This document shows, one piece after another, positions 1 to 13,145 of a DNA stretch of 64,000 nucleotides; within the stretch, counting starts at the first letter, position 1, and the number at the start of each line of letters is the position of its first letter. The position numbers and the translations under genes were made by a program. Below the pieces are notes generated by a model. The model did no database searches and was not told the DNA's origin. It saw only the letters and a list, made by a program, of their open reading frames with translations. The stretch is from positions 48,980,001 to 49,044,000 of the forward strand of contig OZ365110.1 of the NCBI GenBank assembly GCA_977030845.1, written 5' to 3'. This DNA comes from Fimbriosthenelais zetlandica. Its lineage: Eukaryota.

Positions 1-2956
1 GGGTCATTCATTGAATATAAACAAAATATGAATATCCAATGAGCGTAAACATTTATAACCTATTTTATTTTAAGGTAGGCCTAATACCAGTTGGGCTCTT
101 TTCAGGACAGGAAAGCCTGGGTGTAACTAGTTCCATAGACAGTGTAAATGAAGTTCTCACTCTCACTACCGTTTGATCCTTCAGCATCATACAACTTGCC
201 TTATACATAATCCACGATCCATTTGTCTGCCTTGATGGATACGTTGCATGTCAGTTGAGTCAAACTGGAGCATGTGCGTTTACGGTGATCTTTGGAATGC
301 GTATACAGATCAGGGTCAGAACATCGATTGGCCCACTCAGGGAAATCAGCGGACATTAATAGCATTAATCGATAATCTTTACAAGGGGTATTATCACTGC
401 ATACATAATGTGCCTGATGAAGGAAGATGAGAATTTTTACTACTACCTTTGACTGGCAATCTCTTACAATGTATAATCTATTTCACTGCCTGGGTCTTGT
501 GTTCCCTGTGGGAGTGCCAAAGTCAGCAGCGATGATCTATGGATTTTGGTTACGCACCAATTCCAGGCAGTCTTGTCAGTGGAGTACAAAAGCCTCACTG
601 CATCATTGATGGGGGGGCACTGGATGGGGAGTGTAACTGTTTTGGCTACTGCCACCAATGGGGGTGGGTGCAGAGAGGGTGAGAGGGCAGGAGAGTATTG
701 GAAACTTGCCCTTGCCCCGCTGCCCCCAATGGTACGCTTGGATTGCTCCGGCTTGGGTGTATCCAAGCAATAAAGGTGAAATGGTGTCAGCCTTTATTGG
801 GTTATACTCTATGGAATAAAGCCTGTCACATACATTTATTCAATTTATTCATAACCCGCCGCTGTTATTATTGCCGATTCTGATTTAAAGCCTGGACTGA
901 ATCTGGTTGACCTGCAGTGCAGGCTGGACGGTGCACAGGGACAGGACTTATTTAGAGTCACGATAAAAAAAGATGTCACAACTGATTTTGTCCCAGCTAT
1001 GAGTTAGTAGCACTGGAAAGTTAGAATTAGAACCAAAAGAGGCATGTTTTCAAAGGGAAAAACATTTTTCCATTCATGATTCCATAATTGACTTTAGCTT
1101 CTGCCAGTATCACATAAATGACCTTGTTGGCTTCTGCTGCATCAAGTATTAATATTAGGTGACCTTCGTCAGTCTCAGCAAGTATGTCAAGTATCATAGA
1201 AGGACCTTTTTCTATTACATAAGTTACCTACTTGACTTTAGCCCCAGGAACTATGTTGTAATAGAAAGACATTCTTAAGTCTATTAAAGAAGTTAATTCT
1301 GTGGCTTAAGCCAGGATCAGAAGTCTAACGATGAAGAGCTCTGTGCACCAGTAATATGCCATATCATGCCTCACCATTGTTAACCGACTTAAATCTTAGA
1401 ATACACAGAGGAGACATCTAAGACAACAACAAAAACTTTCAGTTTAAACTTCCTTTCATGATCTGACTAAATCTTAAAGACAGTCCTCTTCACTAAATCG
1501 GATCAGAGGGAGAGGAGGAAGCTCCACTTGATCCATGCTTTAGTTTAAGTTCTCAACTATTGGTATGCGTGAGGGAGTCAAGTGGAAAGCTTGCCTCGAT
1601 GTAACCCAATCACAGAGGTGACTATCAGTCCATCTAAACGTGCACACAGCTCTATTGCATGACAAAAGAACAAGTATCACCAATCCTACTTCGATTATGC
1701 CCGCGCTAGAGGCATCCCACCAAGACAATAGCCTCCCATCACACAATCAATCTCCCACTCCAACAAAATCAACCTCTGTTTGCTGGAAGAAATAAAATAA
1801 ACGGAGGCGCGCTGGAACCTGCAGTCTGGTTTCTAAGCGCAACCTAAACGTCTTGCTGAGCTGGAATCAATGCAATTTTGAGAAAAAGAGGCTGGGTGCT
1901 GTGAAGTTTGGGGCCTTGAAAGTACACATAGACTTTGCCGAGGGAAGTTTGGGAAAATTGATTCTAGCTTGTTTGTGTGAGGGCTCGAGGAATTCTTTCT
2001 AAAACGACTTACAGGTTTAAACTTTCTATCTTGTTTGTAAACCTATTTTAACCAATCCGTTATCATTCACTTGTACCTTGTGTTCCTTCATTCACAATGT
2101 TTTTATTCATTTCCCACCTCTGTCCCTTTCCATTTCCTCTTGATCATTTTCAGTATTGCCGTCATATTCACCTTTCCCCTGTCCTCCTTCTCATCCCTTA
2201 ATCGTGCCTCATTCTTTGCTTCGGCATTCCCCGAATCCTAAGTAAACTAATCTTGGAACAACATTTTTTCTGACCCTTCAGTACCTTTTCCTATAACTAC
2301 ACTTCACTCTTTCCATCTATACCCTATTTTTCTGTAACCTCCACCTCCACTCTGGCTCACTCTCCATCGCTCCCTCCTCCTCCATACCCCTCTCCCTCTC
2401 CTCCAACTCTTCACACCCTTTCACAAAACCTTCCCATATTTATCATCTGCACATAATGAAACTTCAGGATTTTGAGCGGCAGGTATTGGAGTTGTTAAAA
2501 GCAGCGAGACAGCCATCGATTGTGAAGTGTATGGCTGTCTCTCCAGCATTATATTAGGATATAAGTTGTGTGTGGGTCTGCTTGACGGGTTAGTTGGAAT
2601 GATGGATCAGCAACTCTGTATGAGGCGGAGTTGGCTGATGGAGACTCATCCATAAACACATCATCTCCATCTATTCTCTCTCTCAGACACAGATGTAGGT
2701 CTACTCTCACATCCATGCATGCACCCATTCCTACTTTCTTCCTTTTCTTTCTCCCCTCCCATCCACCCATAGCAGCATCTCACACTCTTCCTCCTCGGGA
2801 TCATTTCAAACCGATTTTAGCAACTCTCGGGGCTGTGGCATCCGGAAAGGGCAGTTGATCAGTGTGGGTTTGGGGTGGGTAAAGATATATAAGAATGTAT
2901 GAAATTTTCGATGCCCATGCAGATCTTAATTAACGATAACGATGAGGCATCACTAA

Positions 2957-3112
2957 AGCCGGGACTCCACTGCTGCGATTTTGCGACACTACTGCGACAA
3001 GCCAAGGTAATGCTTGTGTTGTAGTGTCCCAGGCCTTAAGGCCGTCCTCCACTGGTACATTTGTCTTTGCAACACGAGCATCATCTTTGTCGCAATAGTG
3101 TCGCAAACAAAA
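2957..3112. mobile_element. PIF/Harbinger-type MITE, family A, copy 1 (right TIR truncated)
   Basis: Begins TAA|AGCCGGGACTCCACTGCTGCGATTTT-GCGACACTACTGCGACAA, matching the TIR of the copy at 12445. Carries the central GGCCTTAAGGCC palindrome. Right arm TTTGTCGCAATAGTGTCGCAAACAAAA stops before the terminal part of the TIR. Internal sequence is inverted relative to copy 3. Confidence 0.85.
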
Positions 3113-5555
3113 GGTGGATATTTTCATGGCCATGCATGAGATTGCAAAGACATCTTAAAAAAACTACCCATGGACACTCATACTTTCACAGGCACATCCA
3201 AATCACAAATAGTGGATCACATACTTTAGGACTCATACCTCCTCACCCCGCTTCATCTCGCCTTCCCTCCTCCATATGTCAGTGTAGTCGCCGGACTGCC
3301 ACCACCCTCTCTTCCTCTTCTCAGTTTTCTACTCGAGTACACACACAAAGACCGGGGGAGGTCAGGCTAACTTCTTTATGCGATCCAAATATAGGTGGAG
3401 CTCAGGGCCCACCCCAAGTCTCCGCCTGTTATGATCAACAATATTGCCCCTTCCCATTGCAACCATGGCTGGCTGAGAGAGCCCCACCTCCCTCCCCCAC
3501 ACCCTCCACTCTACCCATCAGTCCTTTACCCATCCCCCATACTGCCTCTGTCAGTTTATTCCCAACAAGTATCCCACAGATACACCAACTGCCTCTCAAG
3601 TCCCTAATTCAATTGGCGCTGGGCGCAGGCCAAGCCCGTCTTTGAATTGGCGCCCCTATCGGGGAGGTTGGGCTGGTTGAAGGGGCAGCGGTCAGCACGA
3701 TTCAGCCCCTTGGGCCACTGGCCATACCTCCATGAAAGCGGCTTGTGCTTGGTATTCAATAGCCGTGTCCCTGTATCCAGCCACCTCACTTATCTGAGCA
3801 CTGAAGACCAGGTTTCTATGGGACACATGTCACCATGGGCATATCTTGACACCCAGCGTCCTACATCTACACCCAATGTCAGTAATAGGTGTACTAAATA
3901 CTTTAATGACAAGACAAGGTAGGGATTAACAAGCTCTATACATAAGCATTGAATCTTCCGAAGGAGGGGAGTGGGTACTTGGGTCCAAAGTGGGTATGTC
4001 GCCACTATGTAAGCCTGCTTCCTTCCTTTTCAAAATCTGGGATTTTCGTGCAAATAATTGTGAGATTGTGTCAAGGAAACAGACATCATCACGTAATAAC
4101 TGATGTAATGGCTGCTGTGAAACGTCTCAAATAACACAGGACTGACTGACCGAATCAAGACCTTGACAATCGGAAAAGTTTTTGTTCTAATAACTTTGCA
4201 CTTATCACAATATTCCAGATAGTACAGAATGGGCCGCTGTGTGCTACAGTCTCAAATAACACCAGAACTACTTTCAGATTGATTCCAGATAGCAAATAGT
4301 TCAAATTAAAGGTATTCACATAGCGAGCAATAGTAATTATAGTGGCATTACTCAACGGTAGCTCCCGAGTGCTGAGAATTAAAAGCCCATAAGTAAAATA
4401 AGCGAACGTTTTATTCCAATAACGTTTGCCACAAGTGCATATCAGCCCCTTTTTATACATCTCTCAGACATAATTGCTCAGCAATCCCGAATCAACAATA
4501 CTATTTTAAAACCCTTCGGGTTATGTTTTTACATTGCAAAGTATTTAAATGGGTCGTTTGAAACAAGCAGTGCAGAGACTTAGATATCATTCATATTCAT
4601 TTCATACTACCTAATAATAGCCTCTTCTATGGGGGTTTAATTTCAATTGAGGAAAACTCAATCCATTTCGATTTTTCTTTCCCAGAAAAATCAAAACAAA
4701 TGAATTAATTTCGCAGGTGGCGGAAAAAGCCTCAACAATACCACAGCCATCCAATCTACCGAATCAATTTCATTAATTTCTTTCCTGCGATGATGTGTGC
4801 GAATTACGTGAGGGACAATCGTCATGATCGATTCAATGTTAAAAAGCATATTAGCCTCAACCACTGTGTTGATTCTGCCCATTCCTGGGTCACTTCTCAT
4901 CTTCAAGTCAGATCTGAAACAATTACACCTAAACCCAGTTGGGGTGCATCGAGCACGCTCCATGCCCCTTCCAAATCACCCAAATGCCGGTCTCAGACAA
5001 AACGTCATCATATTTGTAAAAACAATGGCCTGGCTCTTTCCACTCGGGATGATTATTGGCTAACCTGATCATGGGGAGCCGCGTAAGCGATTGGCGAGGC
5101 GTTTGGGGTGTCGGCCAGCGTGATTTCGCATATTAACTATTTTGCCAGACACCACAAAACAATTGAGCAATCATCAGTGGCCGTGATGGGAGACAGAGAG
5201 TAAAGGATGGATCCATTTCTCCCCTCAAATCAAGCTCACTCCCCACAACACTCTCTAGTTGGTGGAGACTTTTGGCGGGAATTTTTAGTCAGGGAAAGTC
5301 GTCTGCCTTGGATATTAGTCAGTGTTTCCTATATACTATACAGGCAGTGTCTTGACTGGGAATGTCTTGGGAAGCAGAAGGAGGAGACATTGACAGAACA
5401 GAGTTAAAGTGTCTGCAATAATAGGAAAAGATGTTTTGGGACGGAGAACAATTGCGAAAGAGCTAAGGAGAGGGAAAATAATGTGCAAGTGTCAATTATC
5501 AGACGGAAAGTCACAAGTTTCAAATTATCACTGTCGCTAGCCTATATAGGACTAA

Positions 5556-5744
5556 AGCCGCGACCCACCACTGCGATTTTACTTGCCACACTACTGCGAC
5601 AAAAGTGATGCTTGTGTCGCAATAAAATAGATAAATTGACTTTGCAGTGTGCAAGGCTTTAATGCCGTTTTCCACTGGTACATTTTTCATTACGACACAA
5701 GGATCTAGTGTCGCAAGCAAAATCGCAGCAGTGGAGTCCTGCAT
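5556..5744. mobile_element. PIF/Harbinger-type MITE, family A, copy 2 (diverged)
   Basis: TAA|AGCCGCGACCCACCACTGCGATTTTACTTGCCACACTACTGCGACAAAA ... TAGTGTCGCAAGCAAAATCGCAGCAGTGGAGTCCTGCAT|TTA. Both TIRs are recognisable with substitutions; the centre GGCTTTAATGCC is a decayed GGCCTTAAGGCC. Confidence 0.85.
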
Positions 5745-6367
5745 TTATTTCAGCGAATCTAAGCAGAGCAGCAAGGTGTGGCAGTGCGTTTCAAAGTGAA
5801 CGTAACTTAGCTGTTATATAAGGAAATATTTAAGGGTAAATATTTAATATAACTTATTCCAGGGAAATACCTCCACCGTGCTATACCCTCATTAAACTCT
5901 CCCTCCTATGGACCCTTATAGTGAAGCTTGATTGAAATTTGCTTGGCTATTCAAGTCCTTAGAGGCCTGAGCCACACATGTACTACACCACCTGTTCATG
6001 CTTAACTCCATCCACACAATTAGCGCCAATTCACGCTTTTTCATAATTTGAAATGTTTAAACTACATCTTTATCTTCAGTTTTATATGAAAGGGAATGTT
6101 TTAGTTGATAAACCTGATTTGGGCAACAATGTAAAAGTAGTTTTTTGGGATGTTTCAACCAAGTGACTTGCTACATCTAAAGGCCTCTCCTGTTGCATTT
6201 GATGCGACTAATTTTTCTCCGGAATAGTTGCACAAGGACATATAATACACATCAGACCCAACAACCCGAGGAAGAATGCAGTGAAAATGAGCTCTGGAAT
6301 TGAACTGCCAACTCTTAATTCATTAATAACCCTACGAAATGGGTGGGTGTTCTATAAACCTAAGGGA

Positions 6368-6510
6368 GTTAAAACCGTCCCTAAATTCTTAAGTTTCATA
6401 TTAATGGTTACTAGTGCAGGATATATGTCCATTAAGAAACGTATCAACGGTGTCATTCGCTACAATAACCCCACTACAATGATCCAGCAATTCAATGAGT
6501 TAAAAAAATT
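6368..6510 (+). mobile_element. Decayed RTE-like LINE fragment, post-RT region
   Basis: VKTVPKFLSFILMVTSAGYMSIKKRI resembles the generic RTE motif +E.V.+F.YLGS.+TS+G....EI++RI (recalled consensus). Confidence 0.4.
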
Positions 6511-9500
6511 ATGTCACTAAGTGACTTAATGTTGCATGTAGGAATGGTGGTAGTGAAGGAGATGGGTGTGAATATTAATGAAATGGTGCCATCAACGAAC
6601 CATAGGGAGGTAATCTATTGCGGATTATTGTGGTAGCAGAGAAGATAAAAAACGAATTGTACGGCGAGTTATCCCCATAATGGGAATAGTAGGGACATAT
6701 ATTACAAGAATATCCATTTTTTCCCAGTGAACACCCCTTATGAAGGTGACAATAGCCTGGACTGGTGAAAAATTCAAGACTCATTCAAGGTTGTGAGGAA
6801 GTTAGTGGTGAGGTTGTAAAAAGTTGTAGGCTATGATTCGATTGCATCCTCAGATTACTTTGGTGTATGAAAATACCATACACATGATATACTGCCTAAA
6901 CTAAAGAAATAAAGTATTAAATTAATGGGTCAGGAAAATACCTAAAACACCGGAACTTGCGGTCATATTATCGTATACAAAATTTGAAGTAACACGTATA
7001 AGGTGGTCTGCAACGCGTTCATTATGTGCCTCATAGGATTAGCGAGCTTCAGGCCACTTGTGAGCCAAGACTACAGATCCCCATATAAAATCAATATATG
7101 ACACCTTTAATTCCAGATCACATCCAGCCTATTCCCAGGGGCGGAATGGTGAAGAGAGAGTATGAGGGAGGTTTGGGAAGAAGGAGGCGGGGGGGGGGGG
7201 GAGCTTTTGTGAGGGAAAGGAAGGGGAGGGTAGTGAACTGATGGGAGTATAGGGAGAGGGAGAGGTCAGCCATCAAGGGAAAAACTCCTGAAAGGCACAT
7301 ATTTCATATCTGTAACAGTGAGTAACTATCTGCCTGCTACACATCAATATTGTGTTTTCACAAGCAGAAACATACACACACGGAGCTGCATATTTCTACA
7401 CATGAATGATGAGCAAAAACAATGAGATTCATAGGCGTCAGAATAGGCTGCATAAATGATTCATTAACACTGCGGGGGGATATATATAAGATTCCCAAAT
7501 GGTCTCAATGTAGAAAAAAAGTATGTATATATAACAAAGCAATGCAAAAAGGAAGCAATGGGTATTTTAAGCCGTGTGTTTAAGTAGGGACAGAGAAAGA
7601 GACAAATGAATGAAGGTTGTAAGTAAAGGATCTTTTTTAAGTGGGAACAGATGGGCCCAGGAGATTTAGAAATGAGGAGAGGACGGTCACAGATGGGCAA
7701 GGCTATGGCCAGGCATTCATCTACAATGGTGAAACTGTAGACGCTATTACCACCAGAACACACTCACCGCAGGTGAGGTGAAAATAAGAGGGAAATGCAG
7801 TTGCAAAGTCTGTCGAACACAGGTCGTATCTGCTTAAAAATTACATTGCATGTACAGGTTGTTTTAGGCGTTTTCACCACTTGGGGTATATTGAATACCG
7901 CCTATGTTCAAATCTATAGAACTATCTGAGCTGGTATTCACCCATAACAGGCTCTATACAAATTCAAACTAAAAAAAAAAAAATTGTATTTGTTGCAATA
8001 TCTATATTATTAATCTGCTGAAATATCCGTTGCACAAAGGACTAATGTAAAAAGCGAAATGCACCTAGGAAGAGCCCTTAGCTGAAAAACACAAAAAAAA
8101 AAATGAAAACAACTGAAAGACCAAGTGTGCGAGCGGGATTGCACTCCTATTACGGTAGAAAATACATTGAACTTATCTCCCCTCGTGCAATAAAGCTAAT
8201 ACCGTGAAAATAACATGTAAAAGTGTTTCATTCATAGGCCGTACAAATCCAAGCTCCAAACACAGACATCAAATAGGCAGGCCCTTTTTTAATCTCTCAG
8301 AAGAAACAATAATGCACATGTCCAAGAGAATGAAAGCAGGGAAGGGATGAATTAGGGCCAAAAACTAACAGACAGTGCAGTATTCCCTAAAGGAAATATT
8401 GGGGAGAACAACATAAACGGGACTGAATAACACCCTCTTTATTAATGGGATGCTTGTTTTTTCCTGCCATTTTACGCAGTCGGGATTCTTCATGTTCCCC
8501 AATGGCTAAGCTCACATAGGAGAAGTTGGGCTGGCGTTACCCGAGTTATTCGCTGAGTCACTCATTAGCTACAATGGGTAAGTATCGGTTATCAGGAGCA
8601 CCAAGAGAAAGTCCCCCTGTAGTCAAGTCGAGCTGTGTACCTCATGATAACATTTCTCCAAGCTTTGATCTGCTTTTTCGGAATGTTCTCTGCCTGATTC
8701 TCCGACTTTCTCAAAATTACTACAGCATTTCATCCTCGCATTTCGTCGCTTGCCTTTGCAAGCTGGGTTTCTATTCATAAAAGGAATTGCTAGTGGCTGT
8801 AAACTGTTTAGATATTTATTAATGCACACCATAACGCTGTAGATATAAAGGGGACTAAATATTAGAAAAAGTTAAGATTTTAGGCTTTAAAATTTCTACG
8901 AACTTGTCGTATGTTGTAGAAACTAGAATGCAAATGGGTGCCAAGGGAAAGGGACCTTCGCAGAGTTCTGATGGCGCCCTTAGTAAAAAGGACCTTCTGG
9001 ATATGAGCCAAAGCAGCAATCTTGTTTTCTCTTACTCAGAATAGTTACTTTCGGGTCATTATTGCATTCTGCAGTGCACATATTCCTAACAATGCTTTCA
9101 AGCTTGGATTCGTCTCAAGTCTCATACCTTTCGCTTTTAACAATCTATCTTGTCACTCAATATAAGAAATGGATAAAATCTCTTAATTCTTACTGTAAAC
9201 TCTTACTTCCATTAACCACATCAAAACATGGAGACTCCGAGTGAAGTGTTTTTCCAACGAAGCTCTGCAGTGAGATGCACAGAGAATGTACCATCACATC
9301 CACCTCCCCGACATGCAACAGTAAAGGGAGATATATTTTCATCAAAGTCAGGATGGAAAAGAGGAAGGCCGTTTGTAATAAAACACAGCAATTGTCCTTC
9401 CTCTCTTCCTCTTCTCTCCCCTCCACGACCTCCCTACAGTAACAGTAAGAGTCTAAATCATAAACCATACCACCACAAGCAATACATGCATACATGAACT

Positions 9501-10276
9501 CCTCCTAGAGGCCCACCAATAATAATTTCCCCACCAGTCCCCCTCCCCCACATCCTTGCTCCTTATGAAAACATTTCTTTTCCATATGAAAGGGTCTTGT
9601 AGCACAAGCTGTCAATGCCATGGAGGGTGCGCCGGCACAGAGAGTATAGATGGCACGTGTCTTATCTGGGTGAGATTTATCTATGTCTTTATGATACTTT
9701 CCACGGGCAGGACAGTCCTCCAGTTAAAATATTCAGCCCCATGGGCATAGCACAAATGGATGCAGGTAGGCATGTGCATACAAAGGAGGGGCCTCGTGTG
9801 TGCAAAAAACAGCGGCCGACAACCAGTACGCATTACAGAGCTGGCAGTGAGTTCTGGGTGGGCTCTGACCCTCCCTTTGAGGGGGAGACTGGATCTGTAG
9901 GGGGGCAGGTATATAGAAGGGGGCTGTGAACTTATCCAGGACCATTAGAGAGGCTACTACTGACTAGGTTCAGTCCCTGCATGATTCATGGAGATACAGT
10001 CCTATCCATTAGAGGAGCCATACGCTATGTTAATGGACATTATAACAGCTCCGTGCTTTCTATTGTTTACCTTCTATAGAAACCTGATATCTGTTGAAGG
10101 GAGGGAAGGTGTAGAGAAGGGATGTAAACGTATATGAGAGAAATAAGATCAGAGAGGGAGAGGGAAAGAGAGATGATAAGAGGAAGGGGAAGATCTCATG
10201 AAGGAAATCAGGGGATCAGTAAGGGGGAAAACTATCTTTGGAGGAGGCGACGGTCACTGAAAAGTCGGTTCAGAAG

Positions 10277-10478
10277 ATTGATTGACTGAATGGGGTTTAA
10301 CGTCACTTTCAACAATTTTTCAGTTATATCATGACGGTGCCTACTTGTGACAGTGAGCCCAATGCTCCTTTATAGTGCTACCTCACTGAGGTATCATGTC
10401 GCAGGCACATGACATATCTCACCCAGTCACATTATACTGACACCGGGTTGACCAGTCCTAGCACTGTCCTCTTTGGTT
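10277..10478 (-). mobile_element. 5'-truncated SINE (core plus 3' tail)
   Basis: Minus strand reads GGACTGGTCAACCCGGTGTCAGTATAATGTGACTGGGTGAG...GTAGGCACCGTCATGATATAACTGAAAAATTGTTGAAAGTGACGTTAAACCCC followed by a TCAG/TCAA tetranucleotide tail. This matches my recollection of SINE 3' halves common in molluscs and other invertebrates (possibly Meta-domain type). No tRNA head is present; family name unverified. Confidence 0.7.
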
Positions 10479-10761
10479 GAAAAGTGAGTCCAGAAGTGAA
10501 CGACGGTTGCAGATTCCACTGAAAAGTGAGTAGTTCTGAAGGGAAAGTCAGTTGAGACTTGCTCTTCAGAAGAGAAAGACTGCAGCAGGGGCATCCACTG
10601 AAAAGCTAGTTCAGAGCAGAAAGCCTCACAAAAAATGAGTCACAGAAAGACAATAGGTTTAATTTTTAAAATGCTGAGAGGCAATGTCTGGCTGCAGGGC
10701 TGAATTAGCACAAGTACTTCCCACAAGGCACGAACCAAACATCTTTGCCAGGGCATAAACG

Positions 10762-10985
10762 AAAGGTGACAGTCAGGAGCGGAATGGTTGTTATTTGTCT
10801 ACTGTCTTATCACTAACCCCAGGGTCATGAAGACGCATTACGGCAGTGTATGCATGATGGGGAGGGAACATTTCTTCTTAATCAAGTCACATAACGAAGG
10901 TCTCCAGTATTCAGCCATAATGACTGTCACCGGCTGGGCTTCCACCTGGATAAATACCTCCCCAGATGTTATTAGGTGTATGCAT
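10762..10985 (+). mobile_element. Decayed CR1/L2-like LINE reverse transcriptase core
   Basis: Collinear LFVYCLITNP...FLIKSHNEGLQ...TGWASTWINTSPDVIRCMH versus generic LFLIYINDLP...IKS.+D...LQ...+WA.TW.+.FNPDKC.VMH. The catalytic ADD is lost. Confidence 0.6.
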
Positions 10986-11436
10986 TAAATTAGTTATGTG
11001 ACAAAACATCCAAAGCCAGCCAAATGCGATCATTCCTCAAGCGTGCGAGAGGCATTAGTCTTATTGCTCTTATGTGATATTGTCAAGGCGGCTTGGTGTA
11101 CAAGCAAACAAAACCTTCCCACTGGATCCAACTTAGGAGAGATCTTGTTGAATTTAACTTAGAGAAGGGATGGGAATTGGATTTGCCACAAGAACATACA
11201 TAAAAAACTAAGTGCTGAGAACAAAAGTGATTTTGGTTCAGCATAAACTGCAAAGTATACGGTTCGTTTTGGCTCTCTTAAATAGCACCTTCTTAACGAT
11301 ACTCCATATTTTTTCTATATAACAGTATACATGTATAACAGTCCATAGGTAAAGTCAATTAGGAACCATATTCTATAGCACTATGCTGGGTGACGTAGAC
11401 CTCCAGGTTAGAGCACCAAGGAAGCTGAGGATGTGC

Positions 11437-11547
11437 TGGGGGTCGGCCATTCACTGCGACTCGGCATAATATACCAATGGAACCAGGTGTTGTCCCAATG
11501 GTTCTAATGGCCATCATCCCGCCACCATGAGGCAATTGCTTTCCTCT
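11437..11547 (-). mobile_element. Possible decayed LINE AP-endonuclease fragment
   Basis: RGKQLPHGGGMMAIR...GILCRVAVNGRPP resembles R.DR...GGGV++++ ... ++YRPP. Confidence 0.3.
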
Positions 11548-12444
11548 CATGACCTTTTCATGTGCTTGCTGAAAGTCCTTCACATCTGGGATATACTTTC
11601 AGCTATTCTAATGCATCATAGACTTGAAGATGCAGTAACTCCATAATATCTACTTTAATACCGTTTGTAGGCTTAAATTTAAATACAAATCTGTCAGAAT
11701 TCATGTAAACAGAGCATCAACAACCTATCTATCGACCTCATTAGGTACAATATTTTTAGCAATAGCCCTACAAGTAAGCAGGTTAATATTCCAAACCATG
11801 CGCCTGCCCATCTCAAACACACCTCAATAAAAAATAGACTTGATGATTCACGAGTGGTACGTATGTCCCTGCCCCATGCTCACCTCCTCTCCTAGGCTCG
11901 CAGGGCACCCTGAGGACCCGACCCCGGACCCTAGCACAGGTCTATCAGATGGAACCCCCCATCCGGCCCTCCAAACACCTGCGCTCATAGAATCCCCCAA
12001 GTCCCTCCAGTCCACCACGTCCTCGACCGTATTCAACGAGCATCAACTATACTCCAATGTTGTGAAGACCCCAGGGATCCCAGGCAATTCAACGTTATTC
12101 AACTATTCCTAGCAGGCCTTTATTTGGGCTGTATGGCTGGTATATATAGGTAGTGGGGTGAGCTGGCTGTTAGATTTCACTGTGTAGATGCTTCATATAT
12201 ACAGTCAGTAATGTCCTGTTGGGACGGATTTGTCAAAAGTTAGCCCGTAACTATGGTAATGTATTGTCTCTTGCTGGAGGTTTAACTTTTGGCTAGTGTT
12301 AGTGTGTTTCAGTCTGGAATCTATCTGTCACATTTAGACCATACTTGAACCTATTTTCCATTGTACAGTTATAGTATAGGGCCTGATCGACAGTCCACAT
12401 AAACATAAAATGTCTGCAATTAACTACTAGAGATAACTACTTAA

Positions 12445-12655
12445 AGCCGGGACTCCACTGCTGCGATTTTGTTTGCGACACGTCTGCGACAAATGTGATG
12501 CTTGTGTTTCAATGATAAATTTACCATTGGAGGACGGCCTTAAGGCCTTGGCCACTTGAACCACAATTTATAAATGTTATTCTTACACAACTTCACAAGT
12601 ATCACCTTTGTCGCAGTAGTGTCGCAAGCAAAATCTCAGCAGTGGAGTCCCGGCT
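12445..12655. mobile_element. PIF/Harbinger-type MITE, family A, copy 3 (most intact, 211 bp)
   Basis: 49 bp TIRs, 45/49 identical with the first 19 bp perfect (AGCCGGGACTCCACTGCTG). Flanked by TAA at 12442-12444 and 12656-12658. A 3 bp TAA/TTA target duplication is characteristic of PIF/Harbinger (Tourist-like) elements. No coding capacity. Confidence 0.92.
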
Positions 12656-13118
12656 TAAGTGTTTTTTAATACAAACCTAAGGTAGTAAGACTGATTTATC
12701 AATGTGCTGGAGGCTTTTTTGTGGGGACAATTTAGTCTGAGCCTTCTATAGCGCTAGTTGGTATTGGGATAGTAGGCACAGAACACCTCTATTGATGGTA
12801 GGGTGTTTAACATTGATAGGCAATACTCTCATAAAGGTCAGTATAGGGTTAATGTACAGGGGTCCCACACAAAGTCTCCTCTTTCCCCAGCTCCCCCTGC
12901 ATGTTTTCTATCTCCTGATTACTCCAGATATGACAAATAAAAGGCTCTTTCTCGGACGGGCGTTCCCCCCAGCTGGACGCCTGCCACCAATGGATCTTTA
13001 TAGGCAAAGGCACAAAACACAGGATGGTCAGTGGTGAGGGAGAGGGAGGTAAGCTAATGGTCAGCTATTGTGTACAATAAGGGGGTATGTCTACCCGGTG
13101 ATGCATGGGATGGACAGA

Positions 13119-13145
13119 GGGTGGGTGGGGGGGGGGGGGGGGGGG
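13119..13145 (+). repeat. G-run, potential G-quadruplex
   Basis: GGGTGGGT followed by G19. Confidence 0.8.

Noticed and set aside
94-109. Histone 3' stem-loop-like GGCTCTTTTCAGGACA
   Set aside because: The 3' arm breaks the stem (should be AGAGCC) and there is no histone ORF upstream.
3061-3645. Longest ORF (194 aa)
   Set aside because: Pro/Ser/His-rich composition comes from C-rich low-complexity DNA; it starts inside a MITE and shows no recognisable domain.
248-4900. Weaker LINE-like motifs (VYGD..NIDW near 280, RP..LTSLC near 3350, SLLIFKSDLK near 4890)
   Set aside because: Too short or too gapped to call by eye; left for an HMM search.
5439-5449. 11 nt match to miR-184 (GGACGGAGAAC)
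   Set aside because: The rest of the mature sequence differs and I see no precursor hairpin.
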